Shown here: positions 31,589-41,079 of the stretch, piece by piece
Layout of the letters: every line of letters begins with the position of its first letter
How positions within the stretch are numbered: the first letter of the stretch is position 1
Assembly: GCA_041395525.1 (NCBI GenBank)
Contig: JAWLAH010000009.1
Coordinates: 18,347-82,346 of the forward strand
Length of the DNA: 64,000 nt
Source: Steroidobacteraceae bacterium
GTDB taxonomy: Bacteria > Pseudomonadota > Gammaproteobacteria > Steroidobacterales > Steroidobacteraceae
Direction: 5' to 3'
Translations under genes and position numbers: made by a program
Notes under the pieces: model-generated
The model's input: only the letters and a program-made list of their open reading frames with translations
What the model was told of the DNA's origin: nothing
Database searches by the model: none

Positions 31589-32474
31589 CACCCCGGCCGG
31601 CTGCCGTGCGGCGCGCGTAAAAGCCGAACAGAACCGCTCCCATCACGACCGTCCACGCTAACACCAGCCATCCCACGAAACCGTCGAAGCGCGACAGCAG
31701 GAACGCGTAGGGGCTGGCCTCGTTGGGCGCGGAGGTTTGCCGAACAATCGCGATCACCCAGACCCAGCCGGCGTGCAGCCCGATACAGGCTGCGATGTTG
31801 CCCGTGATGCTGCGGACCAGGCCCAGCAACACGCCCACAGCGGCGAGTGCCAGAAACGCATCGGCGATGGCGAGTGGCTGCGCAAAGCTGTGCAACACGG
31901 CAGCGAGCATGTCCAGCCCGCTGCCGGCATCTACCTGATCCGCGGGAATTCGATACTTGCCAATGAAGTGTGTGGCGGCATAAACGAGCGCCGTCAAAAC
32001 AACGGCGGTGGGGGCGCCCGACTCGCGCGCGATGGCCGTGTGCATCGCGCCGCGCAGGAAGGTTTCTTCGATGAGAGCAACGACCAGTCCGCTTGTCAGT
32101 CCTTGCATGGTGAGCGATGCGAACGTCGCCAGATCGAGTGTCACATCGGCGCGCGGTACACGCATATCGAGTGTCAGCAGCAGCGCGACGACAGGCAGCA
32201 TCATGGCAACCCCGAGCGCCAACCCCAACGCCAGTTCTCGCAGGAACGCAGCGCGCGGAAGTCCGTATCCGAGGCTCGCCTTGTTCGATAAACGCAGCCG
32301 ACGCACAGCGAAGAAGAATGACACGGCGAGTGTCAGCATCGCGATGCGGCTCGCGACACGATGGAAGGGAAAGTCGAATTGCGGCGTCAGGAGCAACCAC
32401 GCCGGATAGGCCAGCACGGCGATACCGAGCAGGCCCAAGCCGATCAGACCCATGAAGATGGCGAATGCGCGCAT
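31563..32474 (-). CDS. CPBP (CAAX) family intramembrane glutamic endopeptidase
   Basis: Polytopic. EETFLRGAMH (EExxxR motif) plus downstream His motifs. Confidence 0.75.
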   Translation of the reverse strand: MRAFAIFMGLIGLGLLGIAVLAYPAWLLLTPQFDFPFHRVASRIAMLTLAVSFFFAVRRLRLSNKASLGYGLPRAAFLRELALGLALGVAMMLPVVALLLTLDMRVPRADVTLDLATFASLTMQGLTSGLVVALIEETFLRGAMHTAIARESGAPTAVVLTALVYAATHFIGKYRIPADQVDAGSGLDMLAAVLHSFAQPLAIADAFLALAAVGVLLGLVRSITGNIAACIGLHAGWVWVIAIVRQTSAPNEASPYAFLLSRFDGFVGWLVLAWTVVMGAVLFGFYARRTAAGRGATLARPGA

Positions 32475-32585
32475 GCGCGCACGTTACGCGGACGAGACTA
32501 ACTGCGCAAACGCGTGCGAAATGCGCGCTGTTCGCGAGCGCATTCGAGCGCATGCTGGCGCTGTACCCGGCGGAGTTCGTCAGCC

Positions 32586-32987
32586 ATGGAAATCAACGGT
32601 CCAGATCCGCAGATCGCACTCGAGGTCATCGCGCTGCTGGCTGAACAGTGCGATCCGGCGAGCGGCATGGCACTGCCGCATGACTCAATCGTCTATCAGC
32701 CGAATGTGTCCGCCGCGTTGCTGGCGGCGCGCAGATCTCTCGAAGCGGAGGTCGATCGGCAAGCTCGCCGGGCACAAAGACCGTGCAACGTGGGCGCACC
32801 GTGGACCACGGCGGAGGAGCGGCTCATGATGGCGGCGTTCGATGCCGGGCACACGCCGGCCGATATCGCAGCTACGTTGCAGCGGTCGATCGCAGGCGTC
32901 GAGTCGCGGCTCGAGCGGCTTGGTCGGCTGGCGCCGCAGGTGCGCACGACGCGTGATCGCTACCGCTCTCGGCCGCACACGGAGTAG
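32586..32987 (+). CDS. Hypothetical protein with a C-terminal sigma-70 region-4/Myb-like HTH
   Basis: WTTAEERLMMAAFDAGHTPADIAATLQRSIAGVESRLERLG. The start is uncertain. Confidence 0.4.
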   Translation: MEINGPDPQIALEVIALLAEQCDPASGMALPHDSIVYQPNVSAALLAARRSLEAEVDRQARRAQRPCNVGAPWTTAEERLMMAAFDAGHTPADIAATLQRSIAGVESRLERLGRLAPQVRTTRDRYRSRPHTE

Positions 32988-33001
32988 CGATCCGAACTTC
33001 C

Positions 33002-33868
33002 CTACTGCAGCCGCGTGAGCTTGACGCCGCGTTCTTGCAGCAGTGCGATCACGCCATCCTTGCCCACGAGATGCAGTGCGCCAACCACCACGAGGTAGTC
33101 CTGATCGTCGGCGCGCAAGGCTAGAATCTTGGGTATCCAATGCTCGTTGCGCTGGCTCAGTAGCGCACGATAGAGCTCAGGCGCACCCGCAAATTCCCGT
33201 TCGAGTTCCGCTTCGAGCGCGTCCAGGCGCCCCTCGCGCCAGGCCATGCGCAGCGTCTGCAACTCGCGCTGTGCTTCGCTCACGTCATCGCTTGAAAGAT
33301 CGAGAAACTTCGCCTGCTGGTCGTAGGATTGGTCGTCGAACAGCGCCAGTTGTTCCGTCATTGTCTCGAGGCCGGTAATGCTTTTGCCGTCCGCCTGAGC
33401 CTTGGCCGCAAGTTGCTGATCGACGCCGAGCGCGGGGTCATAGCCGCTCCTGGCAATCGCGGCCTGCGTCAACATCAGAGTAACAACCCATGGCTCCAGC
33501 TTGTCGATCGCCGAGGCAGGTAGACCGAGTTGTTCGCCGGCTTGCACAACGGCGGCATATTGCTCGGCCGACAGCACGCTTGCCAGCGTCCGGTCGGCTG
33601 GCAGCGTACCCCGCTGCAACATGAACGTTGCCGCTTCGGCGGGATCGAGGTCGTCCATGTCGAGCTCCATCACCAGCGATTCGGCCGCGGCGTAAGCGCG
33701 CTCGATCGTCGCTGGCAGAGTGGAATCACTGGCCGGTAGCGCATGCACGGAGCCTGCGATGTACACGGTGTTGTGATCACCCTGGAGCGACCAAACGGCG
33801 GCGTCGGCATGGGCGAAGGATGCTGTTAGCAGTAGACCGATGCCCGGCAGGAAGGCAAGGAATTTCAC
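33002..33868 (-). CDS. TraB/GumN family periplasmic protein
   Basis: Signal peptide. NTVYIAGSVHAL, VVGALHLVGKDG. Confidence 0.75.
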   Translation of the reverse strand: MKFLAFLPGIGLLLTASFAHADAAVWSLQGDHNTVYIAGSVHALPASDSTLPATIERAYAAAESLVMELDMDDLDPAEAATFMLQRGTLPADRTLASVLSAEQYAAVVQAGEQLGLPASAIDKLEPWVVTLMLTQAAIARSGYDPALGVDQQLAAKAQADGKSITGLETMTEQLALFDDQSYDQQAKFLDLSSDDVSEAQRELQTLRMAWREGRLDALEAELEREFAGAPELYRALLSQRNEHWIPKILALRADDQDYLVVVGALHLVGKDGVIALLQERGVKLTRLQ

Positions 33869-34611
33869 GGCACGTAGTGTACTTGCGTGTCGAGTTCGCC
33901 GGAAGTGTGCAGCGCGAGCGTTCGATAGCCCGGCGGCAGCGAGTCAACCGCGAAATCGGCTGAGTTCGGCAGAAACTGCGAGCAGGTCGAGGGCGTGCCG
34001 AGCAGGCGCACGCCCTTGCGCAGCGAATCGTAACTTTGATGAACGTGCCCCCACAGAACGGCGCGAACATGGGCGTGGCGATTGAGCACCGACCAGAAGT
34101 CCGGCGCGTTGTCGAGTCCGACTGCGTCGAGCCACTCGCTCTGCATGGGCACCGGATGATGGTGCAGACAAACGAGTGTTGGCCGTCGCTGAGCCGTCAC
34201 GAGCCAGCTCTCGAGGGCGGTCAGCACGGCAGCCGACAGGTGTCCGCGAGCCTCGTTCGGCAGCGTGCTGTCGAGCATGATCACGCGCCAGGCGCCGAGG
34301 TCTGCGTAGTCATCGAAGATAAAAGGAGTCGCTGCGAGTGTCCGACGCATCGCGGCGACGTGGTCATGATTGCCTGGAATGCACCAGATTGGCTTGTTGA
34401 GATCGGCTAACAGCTGCGGGAAATGCCGGTAACCATCGGGATCGTCTTGCACGAGATCGCCCGTGAGCAACACCCGATCGGCCGCCGATATCGCGGCACG
34501 GGCGGCCGCCACGGTACGCGCAAATGACTGCAGCGTCGCAACGCCGCGCAAGGTGCCAGCATCGGCACCAAATAGATGTGGATCTGTTAGTTGGACGAGG
34601 CGGACCGTCAT
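33865..34611 (-). CDS. cpdA: Metallophosphoesterase, 3',5'-cyclic nucleotide phosphodiesterase CpdA-like
   Basis: LVQLTDPHL, LTGDLVQDD, IPGNHD, LHHHP, GHVH. Start set at ATG 34611; the upstream 80 codons look non-coding. Confidence 0.8.
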   Translation of the reverse strand: MTVRLVQLTDPHLFGADAGTLRGVATLQSFARTVAAARAAISAADRVLLTGDLVQDDPDGYRHFPQLLADLNKPIWCIPGNHDHVAAMRRTLAATPFIFDDYADLGAWRVIMLDSTLPNEARGHLSAAVLTALESWLVTAQRRPTLVCLHHHPVPMQSEWLDAVGLDNAPDFWSVLNRHAHVRAVLWGHVHQSYDSLRKGVRLLGTPSTCSQFLPNSADFAVDSLPPGYRTLALHTSGELDTQVHYVP

Positions 34612-34899
34612 TTTGGCGTCTGGACTTGCTCCGGTATCACGGGCTAACTCCGGCCCGCCCAGCATCCTAGCGAAAAAATACCACTTGATCTGGTGACCCG
34701 CATCAACTCTCGGGCAACACATTCCAGCCGCTGTGATCGCGGACACACTTGCAGCATGACAGAATGCTGATGAGGCGTCGGGTGCGCGCGACGGCCGACA
34801 ATTGGACGGCGCTGCGCCAGGCGGGCACACTTCGACATCTGATCGGCGCAAGCTTATGCTTGGGTCGCGTCAGCAACGAAACAGACAATAGGGGAGTCC

Positions 34900-36093
34900 A
34901 TGGCCAAGACATCGCGCAATCTATCTCGCCGGCAGCTGCTCGCATCGGGCGGTGTCGCTGGACTCACCGGGCTCGTTGCCGCCGGGACTATGGCTGCCGG
35001 CGCGCAGAACGCAGCCGCCAAGCCTAGGATCTCGGTCGCGAAGGGAGGCAAGTACGACACCGTCGAGCTGCGACAGCCCGCAATCAACGTGTCTGCAATT
35101 CAGTCGCGCGTCCGGACCGTGGATGTGAAGAACCTGAAACCGACGATGCAAGCCAACGTCGATCACGTGCTGCGACTGATCGACTATGCACAAAGCCGGC
35201 CCGAGGAGTGGGGCCCGGACAATGTCTGGGGCGCCAAGCAAGATCTCATCTGCATGCACGAGTTTCCGCTGCAAGGCTTCATGCCTTGGACGCGTACTGA
35301 ACTCAACAGGATCGCGTTCGATCTGCCGGGACCAGAGACCGAGGCCATCGGCGGGCGTGCCAAGAAGTACGGTTGCTACATCGCGTTTGGTTGTTATGCC
35401 AAGGAGAAAGACTGGCCGCGCCATGTCATCAACATGTCGGTCATCATCGGGCCTGATGGCAACATCGTGTCCAAACAATGGAAAGCCCGCAATATTCTCG
35501 GGATGTTCGGCGATGTGGCGCTGATCGGCACGACGATCTATGACGTGCTCGATCGTTACGTCGAAATGTACGGCTGGGATGCGGTGCTGCCGGTCGCGCG
35601 CACCGATATTGGCAACATTGCGATGACCGCCGTCGGGGCCGAGCCCATGCTCTACGCCACGCTCGCGCTCAAGGGAACCGAGCTGTTGATCATGTCGGTG
35701 ACCGGCGGCTCCAACGCGGAGAGCGCGATGGCGGCCGCGAGGGCCAGCCGCATTTACACCGTGGGCGTCGGCAACTCGGTCTCGCCAGACAACATCGGCT
35801 TTACGGACGCCGCAGGCGCGCAGGACGAGGGTACCGCGATCATTGATCCGCGCGGCACGGCGCTGGCGCGCTCGGGCAATCATCATGAGGACATCGTGCG
35901 TGCACGTGTACCGATCGCCGATTTTCGCAAGACGCGGCGTTTTCCCGAAGTGCCGATGGCGTTGCTGCTGCCGGTGTTCGAGCAATATCAGCCGCTGTTT
36001 CAGCCAAACGGTTTTGCCAAGAAGTTGCCCGAGACCTACCGCGAGGCCGGTGCGCTGGTTCGCGAGCGCATGGGCATGGACCCGATGAAGTGA
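34900..36093 (+). CDS. Tat-signal carbon-nitrogen hydrolase (nitrilase superfamily)-like protein lacking the catalytic Cys
   Basis: SRRQLLASGGVAGL twin-arginine signal. CMHEFPLQG (Glu), VIIGPDGNIVSKQWKARN (Lys). The IGNIAMTAVGAEP segment has no Cys where the nucleophile normally sits, and there is no Cys after about residue 165. Confidence 0.6.
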   Translation: MAKTSRNLSRRQLLASGGVAGLTGLVAAGTMAAGAQNAAAKPRISVAKGGKYDTVELRQPAINVSAIQSRVRTVDVKNLKPTMQANVDHVLRLIDYAQSRPEEWGPDNVWGAKQDLICMHEFPLQGFMPWTRTELNRIAFDLPGPETEAIGGRAKKYGCYIAFGCYAKEKDWPRHVINMSVIIGPDGNIVSKQWKARNILGMFGDVALIGTTIYDVLDRYVEMYGWDAVLPVARTDIGNIAMTAVGAEPMLYATLALKGTELLIMSVTGGSNAESAMAAARASRIYTVGVGNSVSPDNIGFTDAAGAQDEGTAIIDPRGTALARSGNHHEDIVRARVPIADFRKTRRFPEVPMALLLPVFEQYQPLFQPNGFAKKLPETYREAGALVRERMGMDPMK

Positions 36094-36106
36094 TCGCTGT
36101 CAGGAG

Positions 36107-36730
36107 ATGATTTCAGCCACGGCAGCTCTGCAACGGTTGCGGACCGGCAACCAGCGTTTCGTCGTCGAGACGAGCAGCCAGCGTGCATCCACCAGTTCAT
36201 CGCGCCGCACCGAGTTGGTGGCGGGGCAAGAGCCGTTTGCGATCATCCTGGGTTGCTCCGATTCACGCGTGCCGGCCGAGATCGTCTTCGGCCAGGGGCT
36301 CGGGGATCTGTTCGTCATCCGTGTGGCGGGCAATATCGTGGCTCCGTCTCAGATCGGCAGCATCGAATTCGCAGTGGAGGTATTTCGGACACCCGTAGTC
36401 GTGGTGATGGGCCACACGATGTGCGGTGCGGTTAGCTCAACGCTGGATCAGCTCGAGCGGCCGACGGCCAGTCGGTCGCCCAATTTGCGCTCGATCGTCG
36501 ATCGGATCGAGCCGGCGGTCGAGCCGCTCCTCGAGACCGAGCTGCGGCATGACCGTACGAAATTGCTCGCTCATGCGATTCGCGCCAACATCCGTGCAGC
36601 GACCAATCAGGTGCGGCGCGGCTCACGGATCCTGGAGAGTCTCATCCAGAACAATGAACTCTTGGTAGTCGGTGCGGAGTATTCGCTGGAGACAGGCGTC
36701 GTCGATTTCTTCGACGAACCAACCGGCTAG
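36107..36730 (+). CDS. Beta-class carbonic anhydrase
   Basis: ILGCSDSRVPAE, FVIRVAGN, GHTMCGAV. Confidence 0.9.
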   Translation: MISATAALQRLRTGNQRFVVETSSQRASTSSSRRTELVAGQEPFAIILGCSDSRVPAEIVFGQGLGDLFVIRVAGNIVAPSQIGSIEFAVEVFRTPVVVVMGHTMCGAVSSTLDQLERPTASRSPNLRSIVDRIEPAVEPLLETELRHDRTKLLAHAIRANIRAATNQVRRGSRILESLIQNNELLVVGAEYSLETGVVDFFDEPTG

Positions 36731-36795
36731 CGTCTCGCTGGCAGCACCTCACGGCCTGTGCTCCACTGGTCCCGATTGCCGGTTAAGCTCGACGC

Positions 36796-38145
36796 ATGAA
36801 GGCCACGCTACTCAAGTATCTCGATCGCTTGCGGGCCAGCTTCTGGTTCTTGCCGACGCTGATGGCGTTTGGCGCGGTCGTGTTCGCCTTCTTCACCGTC
36901 TGGTTGGATGAGACGGTTACCTCGGGCCGACTGAAGTCCATGGACTGGATCTACAGCGGCGGCGCCGAGGGTGCCAGCGCCGTCCTGCAAACCATTGCGG
37001 GCTCGATGATCACCATTGCGGGCGTGGTGTTCTCACTCACCTTGGTGGCACTGTCGCTGGCCTCGCAGCAATTTGGCCCGCGAATGTTGCGTAATTTCAT
37101 GCGCGACACGACCAACCAGCTGGTGCTGGGCACGTTCGTGGCAACCTTTCTCTATTGCCTGCTGGTGCTGCGCACGATCAGGCGCGCCGACGATGCGCTG
37201 TTCGTGCCGCATCTGTCCGTTACCCTCGGGGTCATCTTCGCTTTGGCGAGCCTGTGGGTGCTGATCTTCTTTATTCATCACGTGTCCGTCTCGATCCAGG
37301 CTGACGAGATCGTGGCGCGCGTTGGCAAGGAGTTGCGACTAACGATACAGCGCCATTTCCCGCAAGAGCTCAATCGCGACGGTGAGGCTGACGTGCCGGC
37401 GGCGATCCCGGGCGATTTGCCGCCCAACTTTGAGCAGGAAGCGCTCGTCGTTGCCGCTGACGAAGACGGCTATATGCACTACGTTGACGCTGACGCGTTG
37501 CTGGCATTGGCCGAAGAACACGATGCCGTGATCAGGATGGAGCGCCGACCTGGACACTACGTGGTAGCGGGGACGCCGCTAGCGCGGGTCTGGCCGCCCG
37601 ATCGGGTGGCGGACGACATTGCCGACAAGATCAACGGCGCGTTAGTGTTTGGCAATCAGCGTACGCCCGGTCAGGACATCGAATTCTCCGTGCAGCAATT
37701 GGTCGAGATCGCCGTGCGCGCGTTGTCGCCCGGCATCAACGATCCGTTCACGGCGATCACCTGCATCGATCGGCTCGGCTCTGCGCTGTATTGTCTCGCC
37801 GGTCGTGAGCTGCCGTCACCATACCGGCTCGACGAACAGCAGCGCCTGCGACTCGTGCTGCCACAGATGACTTTCGCCGGCGTTGCAGACGCGGCTTTCA
37901 ATCAGATCCGCCAGCACGCACACAGCAGTGTGGCCGTTACGATTCGGTTGTTGGAAGCGGTTGCGGTCGTGGCCTCGACGACCTGTCGCGACGAGGACCG
38001 TGCCGTCTTGCAGCGCCACGCGGACATGGTTGTCCGCGGCGCACGCGCTGATCTTGCCGAGAGGAACGACCTCGCGGTCGTCACCGAGCGTTACGATACC
38101 GTTAGCAAAGAGCTGGTCGAAGCGGCGCGGCCGCGCAGGCACTGA
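36796..38145 (+). CDS. DUF2254-family membrane protein
   Basis: LRASFWFLPTLM N-terminus, four N-terminal TM helices, then a soluble C-terminal domain. Confidence 0.65.
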   Translation: MKATLLKYLDRLRASFWFLPTLMAFGAVVFAFFTVWLDETVTSGRLKSMDWIYSGGAEGASAVLQTIAGSMITIAGVVFSLTLVALSLASQQFGPRMLRNFMRDTTNQLVLGTFVATFLYCLLVLRTIRRADDALFVPHLSVTLGVIFALASLWVLIFFIHHVSVSIQADEIVARVGKELRLTIQRHFPQELNRDGEADVPAAIPGDLPPNFEQEALVVAADEDGYMHYVDADALLALAEEHDAVIRMERRPGHYVVAGTPLARVWPPDRVADDIADKINGALVFGNQRTPGQDIEFSVQQLVEIAVRALSPGINDPFTAITCIDRLGSALYCLAGRELPSPYRLDEQQRLRLVLPQMTFAGVADAAFNQIRQHAHSSVAVTIRLLEAVAVVASTTCRDEDRAVLQRHADMVVRGARADLAERNDLAVVTERYDTVSKELVEAARPRRH

Positions 38146-38214
38146 ATCGCCGGACCGCTACCTGCTCGCAATCGGATTGTGGTGCACGGCCAGACCGTGC
38201 CCGGCCGTCGTCTG

Positions 38215-38249
38215 CTCACTCGTGTCCGAAGAGATCAGGCACGAGTGAG
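38215..38249. terminator. 10-bp perfect inverted repeat CTCACTCGTG-N15-CACGAGTGAG downstream of ahcY (convergent with the DUF2254 gene)
   Basis: Read directly. No clear U-tract. Confidence 0.4.
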
Positions 38250-38258
38250 CCGGGCGAA

Positions 38259-39677
38259 CTAGTAGCGATAGGAGTCCGGCTTGTACGGACCTTCCTTCGG
38301 CACGCCGATATAACGCGCCTGTGCATCCGTCAGCACGGTGAGTTCTGCCCCGAGCTTGCTCAACTGCAGACGTGCCACCTTCTCGTCCAGATGCTTTGGT
38401 AGCACATAGACGCCGACCGGATATTTCTCGGGGTTCTGGAACAACTCGATCTGCGCGATCGTTTGATTCGCAAACGACGACGACATGACGTACGACGGGT
38501 GACCTGTGCCGCAGCCGAGATTTACCAGCCGGCCCTGCGCCAGGAGAATGATGCGCTTGCCGTCCGGGAAGATGATGTGATCGACCTGGGGCTTGATCTC
38601 TTCCCACTGGTACTGCTTGAGACCCGCGACATCGATCTCATTGTCGAAGTGCCCGATGTTGCAGACGATCGCCTGATTCTTCATGCGCTTCATGTGATCG
38701 TGTGTGATCACCTGGAAGTTGCCGGTGGTCGTGACAAAGATGTCGGCCTTGTCTGCAGCGTAGTCCATGGTAACGATGCGATAGCCTTCCATCGCCGCTT
38801 GCAGCGCGCAGATGGGGTCGATCTCGGTGACCCAAACTTGTGCTGACAACGCGCGCAACGCCTGCGCCGAGCCCTTGCCGACATCGCCATAGCCGGCAAC
38901 CACCGCGATCTTGCCGGCGATCATGACGTCAGTAGCGCGCTTGATACCATCGACCAACGATTCGCGACAGCCATACAGGTTGTCGAACTTGCTCTTGGTA
39001 ACCGAATCGTTGACGTTGATCGCGGGAAAGGCCAGCTGGCCTTCTTTGGCCATCTGGTACAGGCGCTTCACGCCGGTGGTGGTTTCTTCGGTGACGCCGC
39101 GGATGTGCTTCAGCCGGGTGGAGTACCACTTGGGATCACGCTTCAGCGTTTCCTTGATGGCGTTGAAGAGCGAAACCTCTTCTTCACTGCCGGGGTGACT
39201 CAGCAGGCTGGCGTCGGATTCCGCCTTGGAGCCCAAGTGCAATAGCAGAGTCGCGTCACCGCCATCGTCCAGAATCATGTTCGAGTAGCCGTTGTCCGGC
39301 CAGTCGAAGATCTTGTGAGTGAACTCCCAGTACTCGTCTAACGACTCGCCCTTGAAGGCATAGACCGGTATGCCGCGCACGGCAATCGCAGCCGCTGCGT
39401 GGTCCTGCGTCGAGTAGATGTTGCACGAGGCCCAGCGGATCTCCGCACCTAGCGCTTGCAGCGTCTCGATGAGCACGGCGGTCTGTATCGTCATGTGCAA
39501 CGAGCCAGTGATCCGCGCACCGCGCAGCGGCTGTGTCGCGGCGTATTCGTCGCGGATCGCGATGAGGCCGGGCATCTCGGTTTCGGCGATCGCGATTTCA
39601 CGCCGGCCCCAGTCAGCCAGCGACAGATCGGCGACGCGGAAGTCGCCCTTAGCATTGGGTTTAACAACAGCGTTCAT
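38259..39677 (-). CDS. ahcY: Adenosylhomocysteinase
   Basis: [24 protein letters not shown], the long bacterial form with the about 40-aa insertion, GYGDVGKG. Confidence 0.97.
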   Translation of the reverse strand: MNAVVKPNAKGDFRVADLSLADWGRREIAIAETEMPGLIAIRDEYAATQPLRGARITGSLHMTIQTAVLIETLQALGAEIRWASCNIYSTQDHAAAAIAVRGIPVYAFKGESLDEYWEFTHKIFDWPDNGYSNMILDDGGDATLLLHLGSKAESDASLLSHPGSEEEVSLFNAIKETLKRDPKWYSTRLKHIRGVTEETTTGVKRLYQMAKEGQLAFPAINVNDSVTKSKFDNLYGCRESLVDGIKRATDVMIAGKIAVVAGYGDVGKGSAQALRALSAQVWVTEIDPICALQAAMEGYRIVTMDYAADKADIFVTTTGNFQVITHDHMKRMKNQAIVCNIGHFDNEIDVAGLKQYQWEEIKPQVDHIIFPDGKRIILLAQGRLVNLGCGTGHPSYVMSSSFANQTIAQIELFQNPEKYPVGVYVLPKHLDEKVARLQLSKLGAELTVLTDAQARYIGVPKEGPYKPDSYRY

Positions 39678-39720
39678 ACTTACTCCGTTATCTCAATTGT
39701 TTGACAATTTCGGGATAAAC

Positions 39721-39792
39721 GGGCGCGGTTGTCTGATTCATCCACTCGCCGAGCCTGGCGTCGTACCGACGCTGCAGCGCCCCTCGGGAGCA
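39721..39792 (-). promoter_or_regulatory. SAH riboswitch in the ahcY leader
   Basis: Minus-strand RNA CUCCCGAGGGGCGCUGCAGCGUCGGUACGACGCCAGGCUCGGCG...CAACCGCGCCC. It has the CCGAGG.GCGCUGC / AGGCUCGG / AAC.GCGC.C signature. Pseudoknot pairing is compensatory (GGGCGC with GCGCCC). Confidence 0.75.
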
Positions 39793-39809
39793 GTCATAAG
39801 CAACTCTCT

Positions 39810-40991
39810 CTATGCGGCCTGGCGTTTCCCCTTCACGTCGGCGTCGCTGGCCAGCGCCCGAGCCTTGTCGGTCTGCTCCCAGGTGAAGTTCTTCTCTTCG
39901 CGACCGAAGTGACCGTAAGCGGCGGTTGGTTGATAGATGGGCCGCACCAGTCGCAACATCTGCCGGATACCATAAGGCGTCAGATCGAAGTGACGACCGA
40001 CCAGCGCGGTCAACTTCTCGCGCGACACACGGCCTGTGCCGAAGGTCTCGACCATGACCGACGTTGGCTCCGCCACGCCGATCGCATACGACAGTTGTAC
40101 TTCGCAACGATCCGCGAGGCCTGCCGCGACGATGTTCTTCGCCACGTAGCGCGCTGCATAGGCGGCCGAGCGATCGACCTTCGAGGGGTCCTTGCCGGAG
40201 AACGCGCCGCCGCCGTGGCGGGCAAAACCACCGTAGGTATCCACGATGATCTTGCGACCTGTTAGTCCGCAGTCACCGACGGGCCCGCCGATCACGAATC
40301 GGCCGGTCGGGTTGATGTGATATTTGGTGCGGGCATCGAGCCACTTCTTCGGCAGCACCGGCTTGATGATCTCTTCCATGACCGCTTCGCGCAGCTGCCG
40401 GGTCGAAATATCGTCACTGTGCTGTGTCGACAGCACCACCGCTTCGATACCGACCGGCTTGTCGTCTTCGTAGCGCAGCGTCACCTGGCTCTTGGCATCG
40501 GGGCGCAGAAACTTGAGCTTACCCTTCTTGCGTACCTCGGCCTGGCGTTGCACCAACCGATGTGAGTAGGTGATCGCCGCAGGCATCAATACATCGGTCT
40601 CATTGGTGGCGAAGCCGAACATCAGGCCTTGATCGCCCGCACCCTGATTCTTTTCGCTCTTGCGATCGACGCCTTGCGCGATGTCCGGCGATTGTTTGCC
40701 GATGATGTTCAGGATGCCACACGTGGCACCATCGAAGCCCATGTCAGAGTGGTTGTAGCCGATCTCCAGTACGGTCTTGCGCACCAGTGTCTCGAGGTCG
40801 ATCCAGGCCGTGGTTGTTACCTCGCCAGCCACGACTACCACACCCGTCTTGATAAGGGTCTCGCAGGCCACGCGACCGCGCTTATCCTGTTCGAGGATCG
40901 CATCGAGCACCGCGTCGGAGATCTGGTCGGCGATTTTGTCCGGATGCCCTTCAGATACCGACTCAGAAGTGAATAAATACGAATTTGCCAT
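39810..40991 (-). CDS. metK: S-adenosylmethionine synthetase
   Basis: [38 protein letters not shown]. The ORF extension above 40991 was discarded. Confidence 0.97.
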   Translation of the reverse strand: MANSYLFTSESVSEGHPDKIADQISDAVLDAILEQDKRGRVACETLIKTGVVVVAGEVTTTAWIDLETLVRKTVLEIGYNHSDMGFDGATCGILNIIGKQSPDIAQGVDRKSEKNQGAGDQGLMFGFATNETDVLMPAAITYSHRLVQRQAEVRKKGKLKFLRPDAKSQVTLRYEDDKPVGIEAVVLSTQHSDDISTRQLREAVMEEIIKPVLPKKWLDARTKYHINPTGRFVIGGPVGDCGLTGRKIIVDTYGGFARHGGGAFSGKDPSKVDRSAAYAARYVAKNIVAAGLADRCEVQLSYAIGVAEPTSVMVETFGTGRVSREKLTALVGRHFDLTPYGIRQMLRLVRPIYQPTAAYGHFGREEKNFTWEQTDKARALASDADVKGKRQAA

Positions 40992-41079
40992 TGAGAATTC
41001 CACAGAGACGTGACAGCCCTCCATTATAATGGGACTTTGCTCCAGCCGCAGGGCCGGGGCGGTAAATCCGGGTTTTTTT

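Noticed and set aside
34685-34706. TTGAT-N12-ATCAA upstream of the Tat C-N hydrolase.
   Set aside because: The half-sites resemble FNR/CRP, but the spacing is 12 nt rather than 4 (FNR) or 6 (CRP).
41021-41032. The palindrome CCATTATAATGG places a TATAAT on both strands between the divergent metK and tkt genes.
   Set aside because: It is attractive as a shared -10 element, but I found no acceptable -35 at 16-18 nt on either strand. It is unsupported without transcription-start data.
41041-41079. GGCCGGGGCGGTAAATCCGGG followed by T7 just before the tkt ATG looked like an intrinsic terminator or attenuator.
   Set aside because: Only about 4 bp (CCGG/CCGG) can pair. The T-run abuts the start codon and is more simply an AT-rich translation-initiation region.
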